A DNA stretch of 64,000 nucleotides from Paecilomyces variotii (Eukaryota), in the NCBI GenBank assembly GCA_004022145.1, contig RCNU01000010.1, one strand, 5' to 3'. The translations under genes were made by a program, and so were the position numbers. Each line of letters begins with the position of its first letter. The first letter of the stretch is position 1. The notes below the pieces were generated by a model, which saw nothing but the letters and a program-made list of their open reading frames with translations, made no database searches and had not been told where the DNA came from. Below are positions 35,098-48,674 of the stretch, piece after piece.

Positions 35098-36930
35098 ATG
35101 TCTGACGAGTCGTCGACCAATAGCGCTCCAACGCCTGGCACTCCCAAGGTCAGCACTCTATCACTGACCGAATATGCGGCAACCCCAACGCCTCCCAACG
35201 AGCGGAGTGAGCAAGTCCCTTCCGGACTGCATCGAGACTGGCAGATCCCGGAGGCTTTTCTTCTTCCCAATGGATACCCTGATGTGAGATCTTGTCGAAT
35301 CTCCAAGGATTATCTGCGACCAATTCCTAACCGTCTGGATTCATGAGCATAGTATCTCCGTTTGATCCTCACATCCCGCGTCTACGAGGTTTTGGACGAG
35401 ACCCCGCTTCAACATGCAGTGAACCTGAGCAACAGGCTTGAATGCAAGGTGCTCTTAAAGCGGGAGGATCTGCTGCCGGTTTTTAGCTTCAAGCTGCGCG
35501 GAGCTTACAACAAAATGGCTCATCTGAGTCCAGAACAGAGATGGAAGGGTGTCATTGCGTGTTCAGCAGGTGAGTCTCATTCTTTCACTGATTAAAACCT
35601 GCCTGCTAATGTTCCATTTTCTCTAGGTAATCATGCGCAGGGCGTCGCCTACTCCGCTCGCAAATTGAAGATCCCCGCCACTATTGTGATGCCGTCCGGT
35701 ACACCCGCTATCAAGCACCTCAACGTTTCCCGCCTAGGCGGTACTGTGGTGCTTCACGGAAACGACTTTGATGCAGCTAAGGAGGAGGCCCATCGCTTGG
35801 AGAAAGTGCATGATCTCACGAACATTCCTCCCTTTGACGATCCCTATGTTATCGCTGGTCAAGGAACTAGCGGTATGGAGCTGCTACGCCAGGCCAATTT
35901 GCAAAACCTGGAGGCAGTGTTCTGCTGTGTCGGTGGAGGTGGATTGATCGCCGGTGTTGGAGTGTATATTAAGCGCATCGCGCCACATGTCAAGGTTATC
36001 GGAGTCGAGACTTACGATGCCAATGCGATGGCCCAGTCCCTCGAGAAGGGCGAGAGGGTCACACTAAAGGAAGTCGGACTATTCGCCGACGGTGCAGCTG
36101 TCAAGGCCGTTGGCGGGGAGACCTTCCGTATCTGCCGCGAGGTCGTGGACGAGATCATCCAGGTCAGCACTGATGAAACATGCGCCGCCATCAAGGATGC
36201 TTTCGAGGATACTCGTTCTATCGTGGAGCCTGCGGGTGCGCTTGCTATTGCAGGTCTGAAGAAATATGTTGCGAAATACCCAAACCCGGATCCAAAGCGG
36301 GAGTTGGTTGCTATCACTTCAGGCGCCAACATGGACTTCAACAGGCTCAGATTCGTCGCCGAGCGGGCTGCCTTGGGAGAGAGAAAGGAGGCACTGCTCA
36401 GCGTCACCATTCCCGAGTGCCCTGGCGCGTTTGCTAAGTTGATCGAGGTCATTATGCCCCAGGCTGTTACCGCGTTCAGCTACCGTTACGCCACTGCAGA
36501 GTACGCTGATATACTCATGGGTATCTCACTATCTGCTTCGACTAGTAGAACCGACCTGGCCAGTATCGTTGCCGAACTGGCGAAGAACGGCATGGCCGCC
36601 ACCGATCTCAGTGACGACGAATTCGCAAAGACTCATCTGCGTTACCTAGTCGGTGGTCGCAGCACCGTTAAGGATGAGCGCCTCTTTATGTTCCAGTTCC
36701 CCGAACGCCCTGGTGCTCTGGCCAAGTTCCTCACCACTCTCCGTCCCCACCAGAACATCTCTCTCTTTCATTACCAGAACTATGGTGGAGATGTTGGCAA
36801 AGTGTTGGCAGGTATCCAGTGTCCGGACCATGAGAAGACCGAACTGGAGGCCTTCCTCCGTGACCTCGGGTATCCTTTCAGCGAGTGCACGGATTCCCCC
36901 ACCTACCAGAGGTTCTTGCGCGATATCTAG
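35098..36930 (+). CDS. ILV1: Threonine dehydratase (biosynthetic); introns 35284-35352, 35570-35626
   Basis: [23 protein letters not shown]-lysine motif, [32 protein letters not shown], two C-terminal ACT-like regulatory repeats. Confidence 0.96.
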
Positions 36931-37468
36931 ATCATCTAGAGATCTTCGTCTGTCTGTATTCATACGACTTCACACGACCAGTCCGCTTTTCAACAAGTAT
37001 TGTATCTGGCAATGGAATTCAACGGCCGAAGATGTATTCTGCATGTGGAAGATTTGCTTGGCGTTAGGGTTAAAGGGGATTAGTATCTGTCCTGTAACTA
37101 TAGAAATTGCATCTTCTTTGACTAGAATTTATAGTGATATGCTCAGTACATAAGGACTCCATTGCCCTGTATTCCTCATGGAATGAAAGAGTGTGGTGTT
37201 GTATATGGTGTAGATCGGGCCAATCACCGTCTCGCGTTGTCGGAACCGGAAGCGCGGCGATACTGAATCGCCGACCAACATTTGCTGCGGCCCGGAGGCT
37301 CCCAAGGTGACCATCTCACGATAATCTGATTGCCGACGCCGTCAGACTATTCTAAAGCCCTTTTCGACAGTGTCTTATCGAGGAGAGATATCCAGGGCCG
37401 TCGGAGCCCTCTTTGATATCAATTCGACTGCCGAGATCACCATAATCGCGTCCAAGACGCTCGCCGCA

Positions 37469-37964
37469 ATGTTTCCCCTCCGGTCTCTTCTCACCTCCGG
37501 GTCTTCTTCCCTGCGTCAATTCCTCACCCGTCAGACGCTCTCTCAGTCATTCGTCTCGAGGTCATTTTCACAACTATCCAGAATCTCCAGCAGTAACGGC
37601 CTGCGATCCCTGCGATTCTGGAGACCGCAGGCCGGAAATGGGGCGGTTGCAGGTGTCGGAGCTCTCGAGCAGGTTCGGGGAATGAAGACGCGGTCTTCTG
37701 TTAAGAGACTGTGTGATGGATGCAAGGTATGGATTTCCTCTTGGATAATGTAGTTTGAGACATGATTTTTTATGTGTGATCATCTCACATGCTAATCAAC
37801 ACTCTGGAACTACTAGCCCGTTCGGAGAAAGAACCGTGTTTATATCATCTGGTAAGTCTCCTATTCTCGAATCAACCAATGGAGCAGACATGGAACTAAT
37901 CTGTTTCTCTCTTCTCTCAAATAGCTCCAAGAACCCGAAGCACAAGCAACGACAAGGAAAATAA
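37469..37964 (+). CDS. RTC6: Mitochondrial ribosomal protein bL36m; introns 37727-37816, 37852-37924
   Basis: Presequence followed by [41 protein letters not shown] after splicing. Confidence 0.92.
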
Positions 37965-38475
37965 ACGCTGTATTCTAGTTTTGGGATTTGATAGGGAAAT
38001 CGAGACGATGGAAAAGAAAAAATACCCCCCGATAAATAACAGGCCGGTCACTCACAACATGATATCGATGTTCACCAGTGTCGAACTTACACTCCGACGA
38101 CGTACGAACGATCTTCCCTAGGTCGAGGACGGGCACTATGCATGCGCGTATACAATAAATTCTTCGTCTTCGGGTACGTTTCGACGGTGGACATAATGTA
38201 CGACTATGGAAGTTTGCGTTTGTCTATGACATACTTAGATCCCTGTTATCCGACGCTTTATGTATTATAGCAAGGTCATTTTGGGTTTCATGCTTTCTAA
38301 GATGTCGTTCCCCCGGACTGCGTACGGCGCACACGATGCATATTTTAGCCTATATTGTTGCGAACAAAAGAAAGACTCCTCTATAATTCCCTGTTGTCTT
38401 TTCCTTAATAGAAAAATGTTACTGGATGGGGTTGGTCTTGGACGTGCTCTAAGCAGATCAGTTTCGAAGCATTCA

Positions 38476-38497
38476 GGGGGGGGGGGGGGGGGGGGGG
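38476..38497 (+). repeat. G22 homopolymer
   Basis: Directly visible run of 22 G. Confidence 0.9.
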
Positions 38498-39891
38498 TAA
38501 ATCGGTCATGCAGAATGAAACTCCCTCCGATTTAAATAGATACGGTGAAACAAAATTTCAGAAAGAGACAATTGGCAGCTCTCTCTCCCTCATCAGTTTA
38601 TGATCATTGGGAGAGCTTCATGGATGGAAATAAGCGCAAATATATTGCTCGGAATTGGCTCGACAATGCAGGGTTGTTGTCTATACTTAGTCAGATTCTG
38701 ATCGATGTTTAACTATGCCAGAACAACATTGTGCATAGAGGACCAAGTATTACATGATCCGTTATTGTGGATAGGTATCGTGCTACGGGATACTCTGCTG
38801 CTTCTAGGAAGAGAAGAACCCATGATTCCTGCACGATCGATTCTTACATTGTCGAATCTTTCAGTCGGAAGTAATTTCTATCAAATCCGACTAACTTGAT
38901 AAGTCCCATGACGGGCTCTCAATTATGATGTGAGAGGCTTGAATCTACTCACCTGGCCTATCATACTGCCTAATCCACTTCCATGGGAAGCCCTTTCGTT
39001 TTGTTCCATTCCATATTAGGCCGGGGGTATCAGGGCTAAAAAGAAATACCACACTTGTCGACTACCGCCATTGACGGGGGCTAAAGCTCCGCCCGTATCT
39101 TTCTATCACAGTTGCAGCACAATGACACTTCCTGAACTAATCCAATCGACATAGTAACAGTGTTGTTTGTGGTATAAACGAGACAAATCTTGTCTGCTCC
39201 GTTCGCGACAAGTCCTCGGAAGTGACCGAGCCAGCCGACAGGACCACAGAACTGCGTTCTGGGCACAATGGACATAGCAAAGCAGTTTCTGTTGAGCTTC
39301 GTATAGATGTCGACACCATCCATGGATTCATTGTTCAGATCTTGAGTTCAAAGTCCGAGGCTTTCCATCTGGCGACCAGAAGTCATCGACGATTAGCCGC
39401 TTTTGCTCGATGTCTTGGACCATGTTTCCGAATGAGGCGAGTTCTGTATCGGCGTCTTGATTGAATCCCAGATCACAAACCAGCAAATGGTTCTCAGAAA
39501 GATGGGTTGTCGCGATCTTCGAAACTGAAGGAATCGTGTTCTTCTAAAGATTGTATGCGTATTATCCTGAGAGGGATTCTTCGTGGTTCGCTCATGAGAA
39601 AACAGCCGTCTCCCTGTCGTATCCCTTCGTTGGAAGGGAGAGATGAACTTTAAAACGTATTGTACATTATAGTATGCAAAAAGCACCAAAATCAAAGTAG
39701 TGCTTTTGAATCATCGTGTGATATCAGACAGAGCTGATGTATGTGAAACAGCTGGAGTTGAGAGTTCGAACATGAATCATAATAAAATAGTACAACCCAA
39801 CAATGGAAATGGGAATCATCATCGCGAGAATAACGCCATTTTGAGATGTGGGGACCTGAATATCGTTGCAGAACTGTATATCATAAATCTC

Positions 39892-42407
39892 TCATGGGAA
39901 GGAGCGTGCTACAACTTGCGAGATTTCGTCTATACTTCCTGTCAGCATTTGCATTACAACAGCATGGTGCACGAATGTTATACCTCTCATTCCCTGCATG
40001 GCCTCAAAGGCGATCGAATAATTCGACAGCCCCTTTATAGCGAGCTGCAGGCCTTTGTAAAGATCATTTATGAACCCTGCCAGAAGTAGGCTCTCGTTGT
40101 CGCCGTCTCCATTAGGAGAAAAGGATGTACCGTTCTCACGCAGGGTACGCGTCTTGAAACACAGCATGAGCAACGCATAGCTACTCTGCATTACACAGCA
40201 GGCGAACGTCGGCATCGTGCGGGGTGCTTCGATAGTTGATAGTTCTGACAAACATGGCGGGGTGATGAATGATATTGAGTTGTTCGGATTAGGATAAGGT
40301 AGATTGTCAACAAGCGTGACAATGCTGAGAGCCGAGTGCAGGCATATCTTCGAAGACGCATGGGCTGAGAAAGAAAACCGCAGACCAAGGTCCTCGGCTG
40401 ATAAAGATGCATAATCGCGTGGCGATAGCATTGGAGATGAATTCATCATGGGCAAAGAGCTCATATCTCCTCGACAACTGCATCTGTCCTTAACCCTGGA
40501 TTCGTTTGCAACTCCAAGGTCACAGTGCCGTTTGAGGAATATGGGGACGTCCGAAAATGCGCAGAATCGGTGGGTCTTAATTCTCGCACTGCCAACCGTC
40601 AGAGCAAAAACAGCACATAGAGCATGTAGCCCTTACCTGTGTAGTTTTATTTCCGCTATTAATCGGGTAGCCTTGGCGACTACGGCTTCAGATGAATCTA
40701 CCGGCGCTGTGGCTGAGACCTGAGCTAAGGAAGTCCTCTCTTCCTCATTGAGAAGCGCTTCAATCTGATCGTCTAACTCTAGCATCCGCTGAGGGATCCA
40801 TGATAGGTCCGACCAAGCGTTCAAAGATTTGTCGAGATCATGAACGAATTTCGTGGCAGCAAGGATCGTCTGTTGGGATTTTATTAAATATGACCACCCC
40901 TTCGGAGGTTAGTATCGTTCATAGTATAGTAAGAGTTACATGACTCACCTGGGGGTCTGAGACGAAAGTAGGAAATGGCGTGACGAATCGCTCGTCATAT
41001 GGATCAAAACAAGCGGGCTGCAAAGAGTTAAGCAATGTTCCCATATATCAGTTAGGCATTACGTACCGTGTTACTGACTATAGAGCCTTGACACGCGGTG
41101 ACATACTACAATAAATTAGACAAGACCCACAGGAGCGATATTGGCGAACTCACTGTCATCCACCAGGCTCGTCTTCTTGCTTCCGCGAACTGATCATTCT
41201 CAGTAGCCTCGTGCAGTGACATGCACATTGCCGTCGTTAGTGCCTGTCCGGCACGGTTCTTCATTTTGGTCATATTTCCTCTTTGCACGTATTCATACAC
41301 GCTGAGCAAGTTAAGTGCTAGGATGCTTTCCAGGTAGACAGGGACCTTTGGGTGGAAATGTTCTCGGTTGAACTGATGAGTTCCTTCAGAAAGGGCATCG
41401 GAGGGGTTAATGCTAGAATGTAGAAGCTCGGAATCCATTTCAATCGCCTCAAGGGCCGACTGAGCAAATGACTGAGCATAGTCCCTTCTTAGTCTTACGT
41501 AGTCGAGCCTCGAAGGGTCGTTCTCGAATGGATGTGGGATGAGGACCAAGAGAGCCGAAATAGCTAGACTCAAAGGCGTCGACGGTTTAAATAAGGAATT
41601 TCTGTCTGAAGCGAGTGGCCGATTAATGACTGGTAGGCGCTCCGGAGGAGGGAGTAGAGGATAATAAGGGTGAATAAACACGTAGTAGGCATCCAATCTG
41701 TCCCACAACTTTAGTTCAGTAGACCAACAAGGGGAAAACAAGGACTCACATGTCTTCATCGCTGCCGTATACTTGGACAACGTCTGCTGGAAGAGAACTG
41801 GATGCGGATGAGGAGATGTCCTTCTCCCTTGGAGGAGCGAATATCGTGTCAAAGATATTCTCTATCTCTGAGATCGGCATCTCAACATTGGGAAGTCCAG
41901 CGCCCGGGTCAGTGAGACCAACAAGCTGGTTGAACCATGCTATAGTAAAGGATGGTAAGATGGAATAACATCCAATTGTGGGAGACTGGTGGCCTACCAT
42001 CGTCGGTGAAACTGAGGTCAGTCGATGTCTCACTGCTATTCCTCTCAGCAGGCTTTACATCTTGCAACTGGTCCTGTTGCTGTGCAGGTTCATGTCTTGT
42101 CTTCTTCTTATAGACACGGGGGCCTCCGCGCCTACTTGGGATATAACAGCATGTTATGTCCCTGGCAATGCAATTCGCACATCGCTCTTGGCCATCGCAA
42201 CGAGTGCGTAATGACCGACTGCTCAAGTATCAGCACCAGATCTAGATCCAGGACAATTATAATTTGGAACTAGATAATAACAACAACGTACCAAGAAAGA
42301 CATGCCAATTTTACAGGGGGTTTGCTGAACTTGCGCCGTTTCTGGGGTTGAGGCTGTGGCGTACTCGAGCTCTGAGACCGGTCTTCACTCGATGAGATCG
42401 ACGCCAT
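39892..42407 (-). CDS. Zn(II)2Cys6 transcription factor, multi-intron
   Basis: Exon 1 MASISS..KRRKFSKPPVKLACLS spliced (intron 42291-42219) to CRSLRTRCDGQERCANCIARDITC; later LDAYYVFIHPYYPLLP, EARRRAWWMT, PRTMPTFACC; last intron 39983-39930 is 54 nt and stop-free. Confidence 0.85.
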
Positions 42408-44184
42408 AACTTGAATGCCCAGTTGCCAAACGTACTTGCAGCGCCCTAGACTTGACCGTCAATTGTGTGGAGAAGCTGTCGTGAGGGCATTCGCCGTCTT
42501 TTAGGGATTCGCCGGCGCAAGCAAATCCCGCCTGGGACACAAGCAAATCCCGTTCTAGATGTCGTCTCGCCACCACCACAAGGCCATCCTCCCACGGCAA
42601 CTCTGTGATTAATTGCCTCAAATTACCGCTCAAGCAGACAAGATATGTGTTCTTAGTCAGAGTTTTTTCGCTGCTAGTCGTCTCCAGTGAAGATGGGCTC
42701 GCTGGAATTTGTCATAATAGACGTCGTGTGTACCTATGTATGTATGTACCTTCGCCAAATTATAGCAGATGAGTCTCATCCACATTTGATGAGTTATATG
42801 CATTTCCTGGGCGTTAATACTGTTGAAATAAGATTATTCTCGGAACATCAGCGCCAACGTGACGTGATCATATCGCTCGTTTACGCTAACTTCTAACAGG
42901 TATGATAGTAGATAAACCTAGTAGCCCTATGGTACACAATCTCATCCTTGAGCCCTATAAGCCAACAAAACCATGTCATCCATTGCTATGATACTCGCGA
43001 TCAGCCACGGATAGAAGTAACAGATTAGACTCTCATATACGTGAGCTACGGAGGCCCGAATTCTATCACCTTAAGCGTCTTGGACGATCATTGCCATTCA
43101 ATACTAGGTGAAAACATAATGAAGCCGAAGCATTTCTGCACAGAGACAGCCATAGCTCTGGCAACAATAATATCCACCCCTAATCAACAAGATCAAGGCC
43201 ATCAGTATTCTGATCTTGGTTTCGATCGCGATCTAGGACGTGACGCCGTCGCCTGTCCTCCAGAGCTGCGGCCTGCGTTTGTCGACTGACTTGAATGTCT
43301 CCGTGATCGCGACCCGTGTCTCGGACCACGCTTGTTGTTAGGAAAAGTGGCCGAATCGTGCATTTGAGCGATGTTGGTCTAGGCGTTGAAGCTCATATCA
43401 GAACGAGGTTGTACTATCAGATGTTGGATTGGAAACCCTACCAATACGTTCACATCTCTCTGCAATTAACGGATTATATTAGTCGACGCCATCAAGGTAA
43501 TTCCTGGGGGAACTAGGAAGAAAGCAATACAATTCTGTCTGGATCTCTTCTACCAATCTGATCTCCAGGGTCGCCCTGGTCGCCTTCCGAAACACCTTCG
43601 CGTGGAAGATTGAGTGTCTCGCTTGAGTTTGCTCTTGCAGTTCCTGCAGCCATAATCAGAACGATAAATTGTAATCTGATTTATCTAATAAAAAAGATGC
43701 ACGTCAAAAGGTATACAGGCCTCCCTTAAATCAGGTAATCAACAAATAACTCATACTTTAGATCATCTTGCGCTTGGACGCAATAGACGTCTGATCTAAT
43801 ATTCTGTGACGGTCTGGTCATGATGGCGTTTGCTAACGTCAATATGACAGCCAATATCGACGTCGTGGCGGGAGAAGAAAGTATCTACTATAATTTTGGC
43901 GGAGGTTGTCTCCGAAAATTGCCTCGAGACGTGGCTACTCTCAAAGAGCCCCATTGCTAGTCAAGTCATGATCACTTCTGCTTTCCAAGTATCATGGATG
44001 CATTAAATGCGAGACATAGGAGCATACTGATGGTTCTCAGATGCTAGTTATTCAAATCATGAAGTTTTCCTACTTCCCGCAAATCAAATGATCCATGCGC
44101 TAACAAATATTACTACGGCCAGATATACAATATCGCTCTCACTGTGCAGAGACATCTTCTATCAGAGAAATAGCAAAAACAAAA

Positions 44185-44303
44185 ACATACAACAGCAGGG
44201 ATTCGCTGGTGGTCACCCACCCAACTACTAACCTGCCGGCGTGTGGCTTAAGTACGGCTGAGCGGACGGGAAGCCCTGTTTTCCACACCCTATGGTCGTA
44301 TGT
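44185..44303 (-). rRNA. 5S rRNA gene (dispersed copy, 119 nt)
   Basis: ACATACGACCATAGGGTGTGGAAAACAGGGCTTCCCGTCCGCTCAGCCGTACTTAAGCC...GTTAGTAGTTGGGTGGGTGACCACCAGCGAATCCCTGCTGTTGTATGT; terminal stem pairs; followed by a T-run Pol III terminator. Confidence 0.97.
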
Positions 44304-44326
44304 GTTTGTTTTCTGTGAGTCCTGCA

Positions 44327-44333
44327 TTATATA
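44327..44333 (-). promoter_or_regulatory. TATA element (TATATAA) at -30..-24 of the 5S gene
   Basis: Position matches the upstream TATA box known for dispersed 5S genes of filamentous ascomycetes. Confidence 0.65.
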
Positions 44334-45517
44334 GAAGAGTATATGGATAACTGCGTTCCCAAGTACTAGTACTAACTCCAATATCAATGGTCTATAGGTA
44401 TCTTCCGGGGAATAAAGTCACCTTCACAAACTTCATGGTCTATTAGTCAATCGATAACAACAGGAGGATTGGGACCTATAGATATTCCAACCTTACTTAC
44501 TTATTAGAACAGCTCATTACTTTTTCTTTCATTGACCCTGCTGTCATCACTTAGAAGATTAGTGGGGGAATTTGAGGCATCCTTGAACGTCTGCGCGTAT
44601 CTGAAGCAGAACCATGTTGCAAAACCATAGGTCAGCACTGCCGTCAGTGTTAAGTTGTAGGAGACGCGATGATGGATGTTTATAGTTGGTTTCGATATTC
44701 CCGGCAGGGTCTCGTGCTTGCAAATAACTAAAGCTCAAATCGTGAGCTATGGTCTAAGCAGATCTTTCACATCGGAGGGCCTGTACTGAGTTTGGTATGA
44801 GACTATACTCGATATATCCGGGATCAATTTCGCAACGTCTCATATATAGTCTCATCAAAAATAGGGTTTGATTGCCTCCTAACCAGCGATTATGCCGGAA
44901 ACCTCGCTGTATTGGACACCGTAATATTGGCGAAAGGAAGCCTTCCACTTTCGCAGCCGGTCGCTTTCTTGAGGATTTTCCGCATACCAACTTATTGTCG
45001 CAACATCCATTGCGGCTTTGGCTCCATGGGCTGTATTATTTCTCTCGTTGACACCATCCCGATCTTCCAGGGAACTCCAGGTATCCAATACGACCTCTCT
45101 AACGAAGTGCATATGTTGTCTGAATTGTTAACAAAGCCGCTAGCCATAGTTATTGTTGAAATTCTAGACTAGACGAGTTCGAAACCATCCGGCAATGGCT
45201 CGTTCTAAATCCAGTACATGGCAGCTTGTGCAAATATTTTCGGTTCTTGTCTATTCCAACAATGGTGTATATTCTTATTCTGATTCCTCTGCTCTATTCT
45301 ATTACAGAAGGCTGTTGCCTGCATAAGTATGTAGTTCATGATTGTCGTTTAGTTAATCGATATCCGGAGCTGCTTACTGGCTGGCGGAGCGCAGATCACC
45401 ACGTGATCTGTTCCTGGCTCCCCGAACTTTTTCTCGGAGTCTGATCGGAATCGAAAGACGCTGCTGGATTCAAGGAGACAGATACTCCGTCAATTCAGTC
45501 AGGGGTTGTTAATCACA

Positions 45518-48137
45518 ATGAGGGCCCATTCAGTTGTCCGGTCACAGATTCGCGGCCTTTCCGGCCTGACGAGGGCGCCAACTCGACTACAGACGCAGAA
45601 TCTCCTCTGTCGACGATGCGCGTCCACGGCCGTCCTGCGTTATCCCGCTACGGCGCTCTCATACCAGCAACCGCTGAGCAGGCGCTGGGAGCAGAGACGG
45701 AATGCTTCTGCAGCTGCAGCTGAGGTGTAAGTGAGCTTACAATCTCATTTTTATCGCCATAATAATGATCCACTGACCGTGAACAGCCTGGAAAAAGCCG
45801 CCGCGGAGCCGGAGGGTCTCTCCCAGGAAGCCATCATCGACAACCTCGATCCCATTGAAGCCGCACGCCTCTCCAAAGTCAGGAATATTGGTATCGCGGT
45901 ATGATAAGACTTTGCGTTCGTATTGGAAATACTTTTCGAGGATCTAATCTTTGCGATAACAGGCACACATCGACAGCGGTAAAACCACCTGTACCGAACG
46001 TGTTCTTTTCTATACCGGTCGTATCAAGGCCATCCACGAGGTTCGAGGTCGCGATGCTGTCGGAGCAAAGATGGACTCCATGGAGCTTGAAAGAGAGAAA
46101 GGTATCACCATCCAGTCTGCCGCGACTTTCTGCGACTGGGTTAAGAAGGGCAAGGATGGAAAGGATGAAACCTACCACATCAACTTGATCGATACTCCAG
46201 GTCACATTGATTTCACCATTGAAGTCGAGAGAGCACTTCGAGTTCTTGACGGAGCCGTCATGATTCTCTGTGCCGTGTCCGGTGTTCAGTCCCAGACGAT
46301 CACGGTCGACCGGCAAATGAGAAGATACAACGTGCCTCGTATTTCCTTCATTAACAAGATGGACCGTATGGGTGCGAACCCATTCAAGGCCATTGATCAG
46401 ATTAACAACAAACTGAAGATTCCCGCTGCTGCTGTTCAGGTGCCAATTGGTGCTGAGGACGAATTCAAGGGCGTGGTCGATCTGATTCGCATGAAGGCCA
46501 TCTACAACGAAGGCTCCCGGGGTGAAGTTATTGTCGAGAAGGACGAGATTCCGGAAGAAGTGAAGGCAATTGCGGAAGAGAGGAGAAAGATCCTTATTGA
46601 GACCCTTGCGGACGTCGACGATGAAATGGCGGAGATCTTCTTGGAAGAAGCCGAGCCCACAGAGGACCAGATCAAGGCCGCTATTCGACGCGCCACCATT
46701 GGTTTGAAGTTCACACCAGTCTTCATGGGATCTGCCCTCGCCGATAAGTCGGTTCAGCCCATGCTGGATGGTGTTGTTGACTATCTGCCCAATCCCTCTG
46801 AAGTGACGAATTTGGCCCTCGACCAGAAGCGCGATGAGGCTTCTGTCAAGCTTGTCCCCTACAACTCTCTCCCATTTGTTGGTCTCGCTTTCAAGCTTGA
46901 GGAGAGCAACTTCGGACAACTCACGTACATCCGTGTGTATCAAGGAGCCCTCCGCAAGGGTGCCAATGTCTTCAATGCCCGAAACAACAAGAAGATCAAG
47001 GTGCCACGTATTGTTCGCATGCACTCCAATGAGATGGAGGAGGTGTCTGAGATCAGTGCTGGTGAAATCTGTGCGGTGTTTGGTGTTGATTGTGCCTCTG
47101 GAGACACCTTCACCGACGGCCAGCTTGCTTACAGCATGTCTTCCATGTTTGTGCCAGAACCCGTTATTTCGCTGTCCATCAAGCCCAAGAACAACAAGGA
47201 CTCTGCCAACTTCTCCAAGGCCATGGCTCGATTCCAGCGTGAAGACCCAACCTTCCGAGTCTCCTACGACTCCGAGAGTGAGCAAACCATTATCTCCGGA
47301 ATGGGTGAGCTGCACCTTGACATCTACGTCGAGCGTATGCGTCGTGAATACCGTGTAGACTGCGAGACCGGTCAGCCTCAGGTTGCCTACCGTGAGACAC
47401 TCGGCAACCGTGTTGAGTTCGACCACCTGCTCAAGAAGCAATCCGGAGGTCCCGGTCAGTACGCTCGTGTCGTCGGTTACCTCGAGCCTACTGGATCTTT
47501 GGAAGACAACAAGTTTGAAGAACAGATTGTTGGTGGCAGTATCTCGGAGAAGTTCTTGTTTGCATGCGAGAAAGGTTTCAACCTGGCGACTGAAAAGGGC
47601 CCTCTTATCGGACACAAGGTCCTTGGTACCAGGATGGTCATCAACGATGGAGCTACCCACATGACCGACTCTTCTGAAATGGCTTTCAAGAATGCTACTC
47701 AGCAGGCTTTCCGTAAGGCATTCATTGAGAGTCAGCCGGCCGTGCTGGAGCCTCTCATGAAGACTGTTGTTACCGCCCCGGTCGAATTTCAGGGTGATGT
47801 GATTGCGCTCCTGAACAAGCGCAACGCTACCATTAACGACTCTGAGGTCGGTGTCGACGAGTTCACTGTTTACGCTGACTGCAGCTTGAACGGCATGTTC
47901 GGTTTCAGTAGTCACCTGCGTGCGGCTACTCAGGGCAAGGGCGAGTACACCATGGAGTTCAGCCACTATGAGCGAGCTCCTGGACAGTTGCAGTATGTTG
48001 CTTCCCATCAATTTTCCTTTCTTCCGGTATAATCCTGATACTAACCACGTGCTATCTGTAGGAAGGAACTGGTTCAGAAGTACCAGAAGGCACAGGCCGA
48101 CCGTCACAAGAAGGATCCCAGTGCCGCAAGCGCATAA
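45518..48137 (+). CDS. MEF1: Mitochondrial elongation factor G1; introns 45727-45786, 45899-45962, 47993-48061
   Basis: Presequence; [57 protein letters not shown] motifs. Confidence 0.96.
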
Positions 48138-48674
48138 ATATACAAAGACGCTGTGTATGTGGATCGACTGTGACTGATCTCTTGGAGGAAATGGTCCTGC
48201 CTGTGGCACGGCTTCATAAAATCCATTTTTAACGACTCTTTTACCGTTAGACTCGAGGATGTGTCTTATATTCCCCCTTTGTCATTACTACGCCAATTTT
48301 CTCGCATGTGAATACTGGAGGACGCGGCCATATTTATTACATTAACTCATGTCACACATCCTAGAGACCACGCTGCTTGGTAAAAAAGAGAGAAAAAAAG
48401 AAAAGAAAAAGTGACTACTGTGACGGCCGCTTATGGAAGGACAGCCCAGGGAAGAGACTCTGGGTTGATGCTGGGTTGATACAATTATGTCATGTAACAA
48501 CCACTGTACCTACAGGAAGGGTCCTGACAATACTGTACTATTGGATAGGCGAACGGCTGGGAATTGATATTCTTTATACTCCCCTCTTCTCATACAGGCA
48601 AAAAGAGCGATTTCCTTTTTCAAGCAAATTGTCTATTTCCACTATTTCCTGTTTGACTAGTATATTCTCCATCT

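Noticed and set aside
37064-37072. TTAGGGTTA, telomerase-template-like 1.5 repeat
   Set aside because: Single 9-mer in the ILV1 3' region with only about 540 bp between genes; too little room for a fungal telomerase RNA and expected by chance.
45879-48209. 776-aa minus-strand ORF
   Set aside because: Antisense shadow of the codon-biased MEF1 gene; no recognisable motifs.
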